Part shown: positions 25,604 through 34,799 of the stretch, in pieces
Position numbering within the stretch: the stretch's first letter is position 1
How the letters are laid out: each line of letters starts with the position of its first letter
From: Chlorobiota bacterium
Lineage (GTDB): Bacteria; Bacteroidota; Bacteroidia; Bacteroidales; F082
NCBI GenBank assembly: GCA_013151215.1
Contig: JAADIS010000129.1
Location: 571 to 64,570 of the forward strand
Direction: 5' to 3'
Length of the DNA stretch: 64,000 nt
The notes under the pieces: model-generated
Told to the model about the DNA's origin: nothing
The model's database searches: none
What the model saw: only the letters and a program-made list of their open reading frames with translations
Position numbers and translations under genes: made by a program

Positions 25604-27109
25604 ATGCTAAAATATCTGATTTCCATAATTTTGTTTTTAAACGCTTTTCTGCTTAATTCTCAAACTTTTACCGACATACAGGCTGGACTGACAGGAGTTA
25701 GCGAAAGCGCGAGCAACTGGATTGACTATGATCAGGACGGTGATTTGGACATATTTGTCTGCGGCGAATTTTACAAACCCGCCCATGGTATTAAAACAAA
25801 ACTGTACAGGAATATACGCAACGACAGGTTTACCGAAGTATATACACCTATTGCAAATGTGTATCGAGGTGATTTTGATTGGGCCGATTATAATCTCGAC
25901 GGCATTCCCGATATTTTTATTATCGGCCAAGTTAGCTCGGGGAAAAGTATCGCTTATCTTTATAAAGGAAACAGGACAACGAATTTTATCAGGATTCCTG
26001 TCAATATTAAAGGTGTTAAGGACGGGTCCGTGGAATGGGGCGATTTTGACCGCGACGGCGACCAGGACCTACTGATTGTTGGTCAGGAGGGCGGCAACGC
26101 GGTCAGCAAAATATACCGTAACGACAGGAATAATAAATTTACCGACATCGGCGCCCAACTTCCGGGTGTGGCCTTTGGTGTCGGCAGGTGGTGTGATTTC
26201 GATCTTGACGGCGACCTGGACGTTATTGTAAGCGGTACGGAAAACTCGGGCATGGTAATTACCGCGCTTTTTAGAAATGACAACAATAGGTTTACTAACT
26301 TGCCACTGGGCTTCAGCAACCTACGCCTAAGCGATATTGCCTGGGGCGACTACGACAACGACGGCGACCAGGATTTTGCCATGAACGGCGAAACGCAAAA
26401 CGGCAAATTCGTCACAAAGATTTATAACAACAATTTAAACCTCTCTTTTGTTCCTGCCTTCCCCGACTTTGTGAACGTGCGTTCCGGCTCGGTTGACTGG
26501 GGCGACATGGATCATGACGGCGACCTTGATTTGTTGGTAACGGGCGAATTTGCCAACGGTGCGGTCTCAAAGGTTTATCGTAACGAAAGAAACGAAATGT
26601 TTACCGATATCAATGCCCAGCTAATTGGTTTGTATATGAGCGACGGCCATTGGGGCGATTATGATAACGACGGCGATCTGGATATCGTAATATCGGGCAT
26701 GTCAAATGATTATGAGTTTGTCTCAAAGGTCTATCGCAACGACCCAATTCGTACGGATACGATTAAGAAGCGCAAGACCGATATTTGGAACAATACGGTC
26801 GTTATTCCCGAAAGGCCGAAACCTATTTACTTTTATGTTTACTCCTCTTGTTATTGCGACCTTGACAAAGACGGGATTAAGGAATACAATGCTTTTATCA
26901 GCCTTATAAAACGCCCCAAGGCTCAATACGAGATGGAGAACAAATTCAACGGCGTCATTCACAGGGACTATCCCAACTGGGAAGAATTCGATCAGGGCAA
27001 TATCATCCAATCGGGTTTTTCGACCTATCAAAAAGCGGTAAACTCGCGCTTTATAGCAATTGACGAATATAAATCAAAGAATTTTAAAGTACACGACGTT
27101 AAATGGTAG
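25604..27109 (+). CDS. FG-GAP/VCBS-type seven-bladed propeller protein with an unrecognised C-terminal domain of about 130 aa
   Basis: 501 aa with a signal peptide. It has seven Ca-loop-like units: DYDQDGDLDIFV, DYNLDGIPDIFI, DFDRDGDQDLLI, DFDLDGDLDVIV, DYDNDGDQDFAM, DMDHDGDLDLLV and DYDNDGDLDIVI. Each unit is followed by K(I/V/L)YRN. There is no YPNP-type CTD. Confidence 0.8.
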   Translation: MLKYLISIILFLNAFLLNSQTFTDIQAGLTGVSESASNWIDYDQDGDLDIFVCGEFYKPAHGIKTKLYRNIRNDRFTEVYTPIANVYRGDFDWADYNLDGIPDIFIIGQVSSGKSIAYLYKGNRTTNFIRIPVNIKGVKDGSVEWGDFDRDGDQDLLIVGQEGGNAVSKIYRNDRNNKFTDIGAQLPGVAFGVGRWCDFDLDGDLDVIVSGTENSGMVITALFRNDNNRFTNLPLGFSNLRLSDIAWGDYDNDGDQDFAMNGETQNGKFVTKIYNNNLNLSFVPAFPDFVNVRSGSVDWGDMDHDGDLDLLVTGEFANGAVSKVYRNERNEMFTDINAQLIGLYMSDGHWGDYDNDGDLDIVISGMSNDYEFVSKVYRNDPIRTDTIKKRKTDIWNNTVVIPERPKPIYFYVYSSCYCDLDKDGIKEYNAFISLIKRPKAQYEMENKFNGVIHRDYPNWEEFDQGNIIQSGFSTYQKAVNSRFIAIDEYKSKNFKVHDVKW

Positions 27110-27176
27110 AATAGTGGTTTCTTCCACATCTACAACGGTAAGGAAATTAATTATACCGAGCCAAAAACGCCAAAAC

Positions 27177-28382
27177 CTAAAAACCTATCTGGAATCGCAT
27201 TTGGTATATATTGGCAATGCCAAGCTCAAAAATATCCGAATGTATATAATTAAAGGCAACTTTGGTTATGGGGTTTAGATACCAGTTTATGCCCAGGGTA
27301 ACATTGTTCATTTTGCCGCCTTGCAAATCGCCGTCGTTTAAATTCATGATGGAATATCTGATGGCAACTTCCCATGCGCCAAGACCGCTATCGTCAGCAA
27401 AATTCTTTTTGGGTTTTATCTTATCGAAAGCCACTTTCTTTTTGCTGTAGTTTTTATGCTCGCCGGTAACAAACCAGCTTAAGGTTCCATAAAAAGAAAA
27501 CAAACCGTATTTGTCTTTTTCCAAGACTGAACTCGGGCCAGTGTTCACATCGGCATAAGTATATTCGCCCTGAAAGGAGAGGCTATTGAAAATAGCCACT
27601 AATCCGCCGTTGTATTCAATCAGGCTTTTGGATTCATCCATTTCGACATTAAGGTATTTTGGTGCCAGGTGCGACTCCGGGCGAGCCGAATACGAAGCTT
27701 TTCTGTTGTCGTGGTTTTCGTATGTAAAGCCAGCATCAAGATGAATAACCTTAAAGTTGTTTTTTTCGTCTATATAGTAAGGTATTCCTACCAGCCTGAA
27801 GGCTAAATTATATTCCTTGCCAATATATTTGGCATTGTTTCCCGAAGGATAAAAGTATCCCGTATATAAAGACAAGCTCCTGTCGAAAAACTGATTGTTG
27901 ACCATGACGCCCAGATTCCTGTCGTTATCAAACTGGTTTGTGAGCGACCGCTCCATCATAGTTATATACTTTGAGCTTGTTATCATCTGGAAGCTGCGCG
28001 GCTCCTTGAAGTTTCCGAGCGTAATATTCCCTATATAGGGGATTTTTGTCAACCTAATATAGGCATCCTTGATCACGACCCGGTTTCCGGCAAAATCTAC
28101 CTGGAACTTATATTTGATGGTCTTGTAAACCGTGCCGGAAGTAAAAAGGCGTGCCCGGCGGAATTCAGCACCGGGATTTGCATCGAAATGATTGTCGAGC
28201 GAATCATCCTGTCTCATCATCATAAGGTCGTACTGTATGCGACCCCCTATTTTAACGGAGAAATCCTTCGATTTCCCTGAAAACTTAAGTCCATTGTCCC
28301 AATAAGGCTTCAGCTCTGTTTTTTGTGAATATAAATTCAAGACCAGGAATGAGAAAAATGAAAAAGCAATTATGCGTTTCAT
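27177..28382 (-). CDS. Phosphate-selective porin O/P (OprO/OprP-like) family outer-membrane protein
   Basis: The likely start is MKRIIAFSFFSFLVLNLYSQ (ATG 28382). The N-terminal block YWDNGLKFSGKSKDFSVKIGGRIQYD is typical of the Porin_O_P family. The sequence is an amphipathic beta-strand pattern throughout and ends ...YQMRFQIGF. Confidence 0.72.
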   Translation of the reverse strand: MKRIIAFSFFSFLVLNLYSQKTELKPYWDNGLKFSGKSKDFSVKIGGRIQYDLMMMRQDDSLDNHFDANPGAEFRRARLFTSGTVYKTIKYKFQVDFAGNRVVIKDAYIRLTKIPYIGNITLGNFKEPRSFQMITSSKYITMMERSLTNQFDNDRNLGVMVNNQFFDRSLSLYTGYFYPSGNNAKYIGKEYNLAFRLVGIPYYIDEKNNFKVIHLDAGFTYENHDNRKASYSARPESHLAPKYLNVEMDESKSLIEYNGGLVAIFNSLSFQGEYTYADVNTGPSSVLEKDKYGLFSFYGTLSWFVTGEHKNYSKKKVAFDKIKPKKNFADDSGLGAWEVAIRYSIMNLNDGDLQGGKMNNVTLGINWYLNPITKVAFNYIHSDIFELGIANIYQMRFQIGF

Positions 28383-28502
28383 GCAGGATAAATATGCTTT
28401 TGGCTTCACGATATTAAAATATTGTTGATATTAGTAAGATCGGGCGCAAAAATAAGTCAAGCAAAGCTGCAATATTAATTAATTGTTAAAGTTAATGGAA
28501 TA

Positions 28503-29576
28503 TTAATCATTAATTAACCTTAACTTAACATAGCATGGGTTGTGGTCGGAATTCTCAAAGTTAAGATCTATGTTTTTCGCCATAAGCAACTCTATATTAG
28601 GCGATACAACAAAATAATCAATTACCGTGGTCGGGTTTTCCCCTTTGACGAAGGCTTTATAGTTTTGCCTGTTGGTAGGCGCCTTGTTGTCGAAAGCCCA
28701 GGTCCAGCCGGCCGGCATGGTGTTTTTGTTCATCTTAACAACCGACTTAAAGCTTTTGTGCCCGTTAAATCCGTTTTCGGGATTAAAACCAGGGGGGTTA
28801 GCGTTCCAATCGCCTCCGGCAATAACGTAGTTGCCTTTTTTATACTCTTCCAGCATTTTGTCCTTAATAATCCGGAGCTCCTTGATCCTTAGCAGTCTAT
28901 CTGTAACATAAGCTGAATTATGCGTGTTTAAGAGCAGCAAATCCTTACCGTTTGCAAGATGGAAGCGCGTAAGTATAAAACATCTGTCGAGCAGAAATAA
29001 TTTGTCGGGCCATGATGCAATCAAAGGATAAGCATATCTTGTGGCTTCGGCGATCGGGTATTCCGAAAAGGTGAGCATTCCCCCCTTGACATAACCCAGT
29101 GGGCTATACCAGGGAACAGGCACAAACTGACAATGGTAATTTTTGGCAAATACCCCATAATCATCTTTCATTAAATCCAATATCTCTTCAACTTCGTTGA
29201 AATGATGGCTCCTCCTGGCATTTTTATCAATTTCCTGCAAAACAAAGAAGTCAACGCTGTCCTGCCGGCCAAGAAAAGACTTTATACCGTCAAGGTATTT
29301 TCTTCCCATTGTTTTGCTGGGCCTTACCTTATGCCCTTTATCATAAAAGAAATCCATCTCGGCCCCAAGCCCGGCATAACCTATATTCCACGTAAGCAAG
29401 CTAAAGGTATCCTTCTCGAGTTTTAACACCTGGCTTTTTCCCGCGCGAACCCCCAAAGGCTCCACATTGTCGGGGCGATAATCGAAAATAGTAATATAGA
29501 CTATGAAACCTATGAATATCAGAACTAAAATTCCGATTAATTTAAGAAAGTAAAAGAACCATTTTTTCATATACAA
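28503..29576 (-). CDS. Endonuclease/exonuclease/phosphatase (EEP) family protein, N-terminally membrane-anchored
   Basis: 357 aa with the TM anchor FFYFLKLIGILVLIFIGFIVYITIF. EEP blocks are LLTWNIGYAGLG, FFVLQEID, LLLLNTHNSAY, IAGGDWN and ENSDHNPCYV. Confidence 0.8.
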   Translation of the reverse strand: MYMKKWFFYFLKLIGILVLIFIGFIVYITIFDYRPDNVEPLGVRAGKSQVLKLEKDTFSLLTWNIGYAGLGAEMDFFYDKGHKVRPSKTMGRKYLDGIKSFLGRQDSVDFFVLQEIDKNARRSHHFNEVEEILDLMKDDYGVFAKNYHCQFVPVPWYSPLGYVKGGMLTFSEYPIAEATRYAYPLIASWPDKLFLLDRCFILTRFHLANGKDLLLLNTHNSAYVTDRLLRIKELRIIKDKMLEEYKKGNYVIAGGDWNANPPGFNPENGFNGHKSFKSVVKMNKNTMPAGWTWAFDNKAPTNRQNYKAFVKGENPTTVIDYFVVSPNIELLMAKNIDLNFENSDHNPCYVKLRLIND

Positions 29577-29642
29577 TTAATTTTTAATGCCTTTGTAATA
29601 GGGCAGCAATTTAATAAAATATTTCCGATGTCTTTTTTTTAA

Positions 29643-29650
29643 TATTTTTG
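29643..29650 (+). promoter_or_regulatory. Bacteroidota -7 promoter box (TAnnTTTG)
   Basis: tatttttg lies 21 nt upstream of ATG 29672. This argues against the TTG start at 29648 given by the ORF track. Confidence 0.35.
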
Positions 29651-29671
29651 ATTTTTAAAAAACAATTTTTT

Positions 29672-31213
29672 ATGCCTATATTAGGGAGCATTTTAAAAAG
29701 GGCTTATGCCTTGCGCAACATGCCGTTCGAGATAAAGTCCAACTCTATTTCGCACAAAAAGGCCCAAACAAAACAACTGGAAAAACTTGTCAGAAAATCT
29801 CAGTTTACCGCATTTGGTGAGCATTACGGTTTCTCGAAACTGCTGGAAAGCGGTAATATTGTCGAGGATTTCAAAAAAACCGTTCCTATCCATGATTATA
29901 AATCAATATATAAACGATGGTGGTATAGGGCCCTCAACGGGGAGGCTTATGTGTCGTGGCCGGACAAGGTAAAATATTTTGCCTTGAGCTCTGGAACTTC
30001 GGAAGCCTCTAGCAAATACATACCCGTTACCTCTGATATGCTGCGGAGCATAAAAAAGACCAGTATCCGTCAATTGGTATCTGCCGTTAAGTTTGATTTC
30101 CCGGAAAGTTTTTATGAAAAAGGAATACTTATGATTGGTGGCTCCACCCACCTGCAGTTTAACGGAACCTATTACGAAGGCGACCTTTCGGGGATAACGG
30201 CAGGCAATATCCCTTTTTGGTTCCAGCATTTTTATAAGCCGGGGAGGAAGATATCGAAAGCTACCGACTGGGCTACCAAACTTGATGAGATGGTTAAAAA
30301 AGCGCCTAGCTGGGATATCGGTGTCATTGTCGGGGTGCCGGCATGGGTTCAAATTCTTATCGAGAAAATTATTGAGGAACATGGCCTCGGCAACATTCAC
30401 GACGTCTGGCCTAACCTCAGGGTCTATGTGCATAGTGGCGTTTCCTTTAAACCTTATGTTAAACGTTTCGAGAAGCTTTTTGGCAAACCCGTGATGTTCC
30501 AGGAATCTTATCTTGCCTCGGAAGGTTATATCGCCTATCAGAACGATCCCGAATCGAAGGGCATGCAACTGGTAACCGACAACGGCCTCTTCTTTGAGTT
30601 TGTGCCATTTAACGATGAAAATTTCGATTTTCAAGGCAACATATCAAAAAATGCCGAGACATTTACCGTCGATACCGTGGATGAAAATGTTGAATATGCG
30701 CTCTTGTTATCGTCCAACGCCGGTGCATGGCGATATTTGATAGGCGATACGATAAAATTTATCGACAAGCAAAAATGCGAAATAGTGATTACAGGCAGGA
30801 CAAAGTTCTTCCTCAGCGTTTGTGGCGAACATCTGTCGCAGGAAAATATGAACAGGGCCATCGAACTGTTGCAGGAAGACCTAAATATTGAGGTCAACGA
30901 GTTTACCATACACGCTTTTAAGCATAGCAGCCTTTTTGCCCATAGATGGTATTTGGGCACACGCGAAAAAATCGACCATGAAACTGCTGCCAAGTTAATT
31001 GATAACCACCTGAAGAACTTAAACGACGACTACAGGGTAGAGCGAATGGAAGCCATTAAGGATGTTGAGGTCGTGGTAATACCCGAAATTGCTTTTTACG
31101 AATATATGAAGGAAAAAGGTAAGGAAGGCAGCGCAAACAAATTCCCGCGAGTGCTTAAAAACGGGCGCGTCGATGAGTGGGAAAACTTTTTAAGGGCTCA
31201 TAATTATATTTAA
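29672..31213 (+). CDS. GH3 (auxin-responsive promoter) family protein, ANL-superfamily acyl-adenylate-forming enzyme homologue
   Basis: 513 aa from MPILGSILKRAY. The blocks QLEKLVRKSQFTAFGEHYGF, VPIHDYKSI and YFALSSGTSEASSKYIPVT, plus the C-terminal NDDYRVER...KFPRV, are as in bacterial GH3 proteins. Confidence 0.82.
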   Translation: MPILGSILKRAYALRNMPFEIKSNSISHKKAQTKQLEKLVRKSQFTAFGEHYGFSKLLESGNIVEDFKKTVPIHDYKSIYKRWWYRALNGEAYVSWPDKVKYFALSSGTSEASSKYIPVTSDMLRSIKKTSIRQLVSAVKFDFPESFYEKGILMIGGSTHLQFNGTYYEGDLSGITAGNIPFWFQHFYKPGRKISKATDWATKLDEMVKKAPSWDIGVIVGVPAWVQILIEKIIEEHGLGNIHDVWPNLRVYVHSGVSFKPYVKRFEKLFGKPVMFQESYLASEGYIAYQNDPESKGMQLVTDNGLFFEFVPFNDENFDFQGNISKNAETFTVDTVDENVEYALLLSSNAGAWRYLIGDTIKFIDKQKCEIVITGRTKFFLSVCGEHLSQENMNRAIELLQEDLNIEVNEFTIHAFKHSSLFAHRWYLGTREKIDHETAAKLIDNHLKNLNDDYRVERMEAIKDVEVVVIPEIAFYEYMKEKGKEGSANKFPRVLKNGRVDEWENFLRAHNYI

Positions 31214-31426
31214 ATACAAATTATAATCGATATGGTTTATGACAAAACCCTCAATTAACCGAAGAGCAGACAGCAGATAAGCTTATTGCAACCTAAATGC
31301 TAACCCATGTAGTGTTGTTGCCGGCCCCATCGACGGTTATATCAAGCACATCGACTGCCGGGGAAAATATCCGTTGCCCGGAAAGCTTGTGGGTCATATT
31401 CTTATGGGAAAGGTACTGATGCAGCC

Positions 31427-31546
31427 CTAAACAAGAATCATGCTTAGATAAATAGCTGCAGCAATGGTTAGTGCGATAATTATCCACGTGATTTTTTTTG
31501 GCACCTGATCCCTTTCCGGATCATAATCGAAATCCGTTCTTTCCAT
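31427..31546 (-). CDS. Possible 39-aa single-pass membrane peptide (below the ORF-track cutoff)
   Basis: ATG 31546..31544 lies 11 nt after the stop of the upstream SPOR gene. The peptide reads MERTDFDYDPERDQVPKKITWIIIALTIAAAIYLSMILV*. There is no homology evidence. Confidence 0.2.
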   Translation of the reverse strand: MERTDFDYDPERDQVPKKITWIIIALTIAAAIYLSMILV

Positions 31547-31557
31547 TTCCTTTTTTC

Positions 31558-32772
31558 TTAAGGTAGCTTGTCCAGCCTCTCACCATTTTTAAATGCAACC
31601 ACAAAGGCATCGCCGATACCATTGTTCGTTCTAAGCTGATTGCGTTTTTGCCGTGCTTCTTCGTATGTAGAAAAGGAGCCTACGGTATAAATATAATATC
31701 CGTTATGGGAATTTTGTTTTATCGTGCTAACGGGCAGGTTATACATATTGCCTATTTTTTGCAACGACAATGTTTTTCCGTATTTGGCCAATATCTGAAC
31801 CCTGTACTCAAAATCGGGTACAGTAGTTTTTTCAGCCACAACTATTTCAGGCTCCTCTGTTTTTGTTGTTCTTTCAACAATTACTTCCGGTTCCTTAACA
31901 ACCTGAGGGCTAATTATCAACACATCGGGCTTGGCTTCCGGAGGCCGGATGGGCTGTTCTGTATTATAATCGTATTCAACGGTTTCAACATTGCCAGGTT
32001 TTGTTTTGGCTGTCTTTTGTTTTTTCTCGGAAGGCTCGTTAGTGCGGCCGTGTTTTTTAGAAAAGGCAAACTTATAGGCCAATCCCACGGCTGTATAATT
32101 ATAAACATCAAACTTAAAACCGCTCACATGCCCATCAAGCATATCCGAGTTCATTATTCTGTTGGCCGTTTCCAAATTAATGCTCAGGCGGTCGTTAATT
32201 CTAAAATCAATGCCCAAGCCTCCGTGCAAAACCCCTTCAAGGGTCCGGCCACCGAAACTTTTTCCTGCTCCCCCACCAACTGTTTGAATGAGCTTGTTGC
32301 TTCCCAGCTGATAAACATAGGTGTTGTAATTCAACAAACCAAGGCCAAAAACAATGTAGGTGTTTACAAGCCTGTCGCGCCTATATGGCGAAAATAAATT
32401 ATTGATGTTTATAGTTGTATTCAGGTTAAACTCCAGATAATCGTTGTTGAAATACTTGCCCCAGGCCCTGCGCGTCCCTGCAAGCTTCCCATAGGCAAAT
32501 TGCCCCCTAAGCCCAAAAACAGGGCTTATCTGTTTGTTGCCCAGCACGCTAATTCCTGCTCTCCATTCATTTTCGTTACTTATAACAGGCCACCACTGAT
32601 ATTGTTTTACATCGCCAAAAAACAAACTTGTCCCGGTATTTAACTGGGCTTGCCAATAAGGCACAAAACCGCTGTTAGGTGAAAAGCTCTGTGAATAGGA
32701 ACCGGTAATACAGGTGAATGCCATTATTATGGCAATAAGTGTTTTAACAGATGTTTTTGAGTTTAAATGCAT
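31558..32772 (-). CDS. Outer-membrane beta-barrel protein with a C-terminal SPOR (peptidoglycan-binding) domain
   Basis: 404 aa with a signal peptide and an N-terminal alternating-strand region of about 230 aa. A Pro/Glu/Lys-rich linker follows, then YRVQILAKYGKTLSLQKIG...YIYTVGSFSTYEEARQKRNQLRTNNGIGDAFVVAF, a SPOR-like domain. Confidence 0.72.
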   Translation of the reverse strand: MHLNSKTSVKTLIAIIMAFTCITGSYSQSFSPNSGFVPYWQAQLNTGTSLFFGDVKQYQWWPVISNENEWRAGISVLGNKQISPVFGLRGQFAYGKLAGTRRAWGKYFNNDYLEFNLNTTININNLFSPYRRDRLVNTYIVFGLGLLNYNTYVYQLGSNKLIQTVGGGAGKSFGGRTLEGVLHGGLGIDFRINDRLSINLETANRIMNSDMLDGHVSGFKFDVYNYTAVGLAYKFAFSKKHGRTNEPSEKKQKTAKTKPGNVETVEYDYNTEQPIRPPEAKPDVLIISPQVVKEPEVIVERTTKTEEPEIVVAEKTTVPDFEYRVQILAKYGKTLSLQKIGNMYNLPVSTIKQNSHNGYYIYTVGSFSTYEEARQKRNQLRTNNGIGDAFVVAFKNGERLDKLP

Positions 32773-32857
32773 AATCTATTTTTTTAAAAGCCAAGCCTGA
32801 CGCCCGTTGAACGACAGCCCTAAAATACGCATTAATAAACCGGAATTAAATACGGAA

Positions 32858-34579
32858 TTAATTAATATTCCCCAACCAATTGTTAATATCCTCCAGCTGC
32901 AAAGCCGCTATTTCCAATTTGTTTTTCTTGCGGTAAACATTGAGTTTCTGATGAATTGCCGTAGGCTTTGATTCCTTTAATGATGCCAGGCTTTCATAGC
33001 CTGCGTTAATGATATGTTGTGCCCATTCGCTGCCTACGCCGATTTTTATCAAGTCATTGGCGTCAAACACTTTCTTTTTCGCCTCGGGCCGCATTTGCGG
33101 GAACAATAAAACCTCCTGTATCGACGGTTGGTTGGTCATTATCATCACCAAGCGGTCAATTCCAATGCCCATGCCCGATGTTGGCGGCATCCCGTATTCG
33201 ATCGCCCGTAAAAAATCCTGATCGATAAACATGGCTTCGTCATCGCCCTTTTCGGCCAAGCGCGCTTGCTCCTCAAACCTTGACCGCTGATCAATGGGGT
33301 CGTTAAGCTCGGTATAAGCATTGGCAAGTTCCTTTCCGTTCACCATCAGCTCAAACCTTTCGGTGAGCTCGGGGTTCTCGCGATGACGCTTGCAAAGCGG
33401 GGACATCTCGACTGGATAATCGGTTATAAAAGTAGGCTGGATGAAGTTGGGCTCGCATTTTTCGCCGAAAATCTCATCTATCAGTTTTCCTTTTCCCATT
33501 GACTCATCGGTTTGGATACCGAGTTTTTGGCAAGTGTCGCGAAGTTCTTTTTCGTTCATCTTTCCAACATCAATACCTGTAAACTCTCCGATGGCGCCAA
33601 TAATCGACAAACGGCGGAAAGGCGCTTTAAAATCGATAATGTTTCCGCCGACCTGTACTTTTGTTGTCCCGTGCAGGTCTATGGCGATTTTTTCTATCAT
33701 CTGCTCCGTAGTCTCCATCATCCAGAAATAGTCTTTATATGCAACATACATTTCCATCTGGGTGAACTCAGGATTATGGAACCTGTCCATTCCTTCGTTC
33801 CTGAAATCTTTGGCAAACTCATAAACACCTTCAAAACCTCCGACGATAAGCCTTTTTAGATAAAGCTCGTTGGCTACGCGCAAATACAATGGCATGTCGA
33901 GGGCGTTGTGATGAGTGATGAAAGGACGCGCGGCGGCACCACCTGGAATTGCCTGTAAGATAGGTGTTTCCACCTCAAGGTATTCTTTTGCGTTTAAAAA
34001 ATCACGCATGGACCTGATAATCTTGGCACGTTTGACAAATGTATCTTTTACGTTATCGTTTACTATTAAATCAACATAGCGCTGGCGATAACGCTGGTCG
34101 GGATCGGAAAAGGCATCGTAGGTTATGCCGTCTTTTTCCTTTACTACCGGTAGCGGCCTGAGGGATTTGGAGAGGATGGTATATTCGGTAACATGTATGG
34201 TAAGCTCGCCCATTTTTGTCACAAATGCATATCCTTTAACACCTATAAAATCACCAATATCCAATAAACGCTTAAAGACTATATTATACATTGTTTTATC
34301 CTCGCCGGGACAAATTTCGTCGCGTTTGAAATATAATTGCATCCTCCCCGTAGAGTCCATTATTTCAGCAAAGGATGCCGCACCCATTATCCTGCGGCTC
34401 ATGATTCTTCCGGCCATACTAACCTCCTGGAACAATGAATTATCCGACGGAAAACCATCATGAACCTCTTTTGCCGTGGCATTTACCTTATATTCGGCTT
34501 GGGGATAGGGGTTTATGCCCAATTTTTTTAATTCTTCAAGGGCGTTACGCCTTACTATTTCTTGTTCACTGAGGTGCAT
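32858..34579 (-). CDS. lysS: Lysine--tRNA ligase, class II
   Basis: 573 aa with an OB-fold N-domain and class II motifs ([51 protein letters not shown]). A C-terminal extension of about 70 aa is present. Confidence 0.95.
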   Translation of the reverse strand: MHLSEQEIVRRNALEELKKLGINPYPQAEYKVNATAKEVHDGFPSDNSLFQEVSMAGRIMSRRIMGAASFAEIMDSTGRMQLYFKRDEICPGEDKTMYNIVFKRLLDIGDFIGVKGYAFVTKMGELTIHVTEYTILSKSLRPLPVVKEKDGITYDAFSDPDQRYRQRYVDLIVNDNVKDTFVKRAKIIRSMRDFLNAKEYLEVETPILQAIPGGAAARPFITHHNALDMPLYLRVANELYLKRLIVGGFEGVYEFAKDFRNEGMDRFHNPEFTQMEMYVAYKDYFWMMETTEQMIEKIAIDLHGTTKVQVGGNIIDFKAPFRRLSIIGAIGEFTGIDVGKMNEKELRDTCQKLGIQTDESMGKGKLIDEIFGEKCEPNFIQPTFITDYPVEMSPLCKRHRENPELTERFELMVNGKELANAYTELNDPIDQRSRFEEQARLAEKGDDEAMFIDQDFLRAIEYGMPPTSGMGIGIDRLVMIMTNQPSIQEVLLFPQMRPEAKKKVFDANDLIKIGVGSEWAQHIINAGYESLASLKESKPTAIHQKLNVYRKKNKLEIAALQLEDINNWLGNIN

Positions 34580-34596
34580 ATCGCAATAATTTTCTG

Positions 34597-34604
34597 CAAA
34601 AATA
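34597..34604 (-). promoter_or_regulatory. Bacteroidota -7 promoter box (TAnnTTTG) for lysS
   Basis: Minus-strand tatttttg lies 17 nt upstream of the lysS ATG. Confidence 0.35.
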
Positions 34605-34799
34605 TAAAATCAATCGTATAACATACAAAAAAGACCGTATCACCTGTGGCGAGGCTGTCTCCCATAGAGAAAAACCCATTTCTGTTTTGAAGGAATATTT
34701 TTGGGGACCGTTGCTCTGTTAAATTATTATAATTCAACAATAAAAGCAATTCAAAAACCATTATTGAATGGTATTGATTATCAACAAACACTTAAAATA

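Noticed and set aside
29903-30634. 243-aa ORF antisense to the GH3 gene. Similar long antisense ORFs lie at 31648..32397, 39132..39707, 43933..44505, 18855..19349, 12759..13271 and 45946..46356.
   Set aside because: All lie fully inside, and opposite to, genes with strong family motifs. Their translations are low-complexity or Arg/Cys/Phe-rich with no recognisable motifs. They are typical shadow ORFs.
31293-31487. 64-aa ORF from the track in the GH3/SPOR intergenic gap.
   Set aside because: It has an odd composition (MDNYRTNHCCSYLSKHDSCLGLHQYLSH...), no start context and no motif. It also overlaps the more plausible 39-codon TM ORF in another frame.
32858-33080. C-terminal extension of about 70 aa on LysRS.
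   Set aside because: To my knowledge LysRS of about 570-580 aa with such a tail is the norm in Bacteroidota, so this is not a novelty of this locus.
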